64,000 nt of DNA from Phoronis australis (lineage: Eukaryota; Animalia; Phoronida), in contig NMRA01000408.1 in the NCBI GenBank assembly GCA_002633005.1, positions 186,001-250,000 on the forward strand, read 5' to 3'. Under the pieces are notes generated by a model. The model was given only the letters and a program-made list of their open reading frames with translations. It ran no database searches and was not told the origin of the DNA. Below, in pieces: positions 63,208 through 64,000 of this stretch; the stretch's first letter is position 1; every line of letters starts with the position of its first letter. The position numbers and the translations under genes were made by a program.

Positions 63208-64000
63208 CTAGAAACCATATAATAATTAAACAACGTTGGCAACATATCAATAACAAAAAATGGATATTATCACTCGTCCAAGTGAATATTAAATAGAATG
63301 CAAAAAATCATAACGCATGACTATTGGGCTTACTATAACACAAACTTCCGGACATTGCAGAGTTGCCTGGCTGCTTCAACTGGGATTGTCAATAACAATT
63401 AATTATACTGATAACAATTCTGAATTACTACTTCACGATTTCTGTAAACATAAACAAGGCACTAGAATAATAAAATGTAGACCTTGAGTCATCCATGATA
63501 TTAAAGTTGAAACTGGTCTGCTGGAGTGCTGGATTACCTTTTTGATTTCCAAGATCTTGGGAGACAAGATACCATCGTCTCCTTTGATGGCATGTTAACT
63601 GTGATGAATCACGGGACTCTGGTCACTGCAGTTTCGAGATCACACGTGACCAGAGTTCCTGCAATTTATCACAGTCAACATCCCATCAAAGGCCACGACG
63701 AGATGTCTCTGAATATCAAGGAAATTAAAAAACCGTAACCCAGCACACCAGTTTCAAATTTGATAACTAGGCTCTAGAATGTTCCAGACTATGTTTCTAT
63801 GTACTAATCACTTATATAATGTAACTTTCTTCTAGAATGACCTCTAGTTTTCTACAGTTTTGTAAACAAATTACATCATTTGTCAGTCATTAGGCTGACC
63901 ACATGGGTCACTGTCCTGGAATGATCTCCAATGATCTATGGTAAACAAATTACGTTATCAAGTGCAATCTGCTAGTAAACAAATGTAACAGCCTACTCCT

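Overview
Eukaryotic (bilaterian invertebrate, probably marine; the organism cannot be fixed from sequence alone), AT-rich genomic window with GT-AG introns. Three spliced genes lie on the minus strand, and their exon phases join without frameshift when reconstructed by hand. (1) A complete 6-coding-exon phospholipid scramblase (1126-21181, 250 aa). (2) A 3-exon, ~543-aa protein with two tandem pogo/CENP-B-type HTH DNA-binding modules, a PLDLR CtBP-type motif and no DDE domain (33778-38905), which looks like a domesticated transposase DNA-binding region. (3) The 3' 19 exons of a type II diacylglycerol kinase (delta/eta; C1 tail, split catalytic domain, SAM; 44658-63207), with its 5' end beyond the window. 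Introns and intergenic DNA hold many MITEs, a Helentron/DINE-1-like element, minisatellites and a ~1.06-kb duplication at an N. The most notable observations are a regularly spaced, same-orientation array of CTCF-like motifs inside the Helentron-like element, a CRISPR-looking 59-bp array whose spacers occur in both orientations between constant cores, and tandem repeats that copy DGK splice junctions. Most ORFs in the supplied track are spurious.
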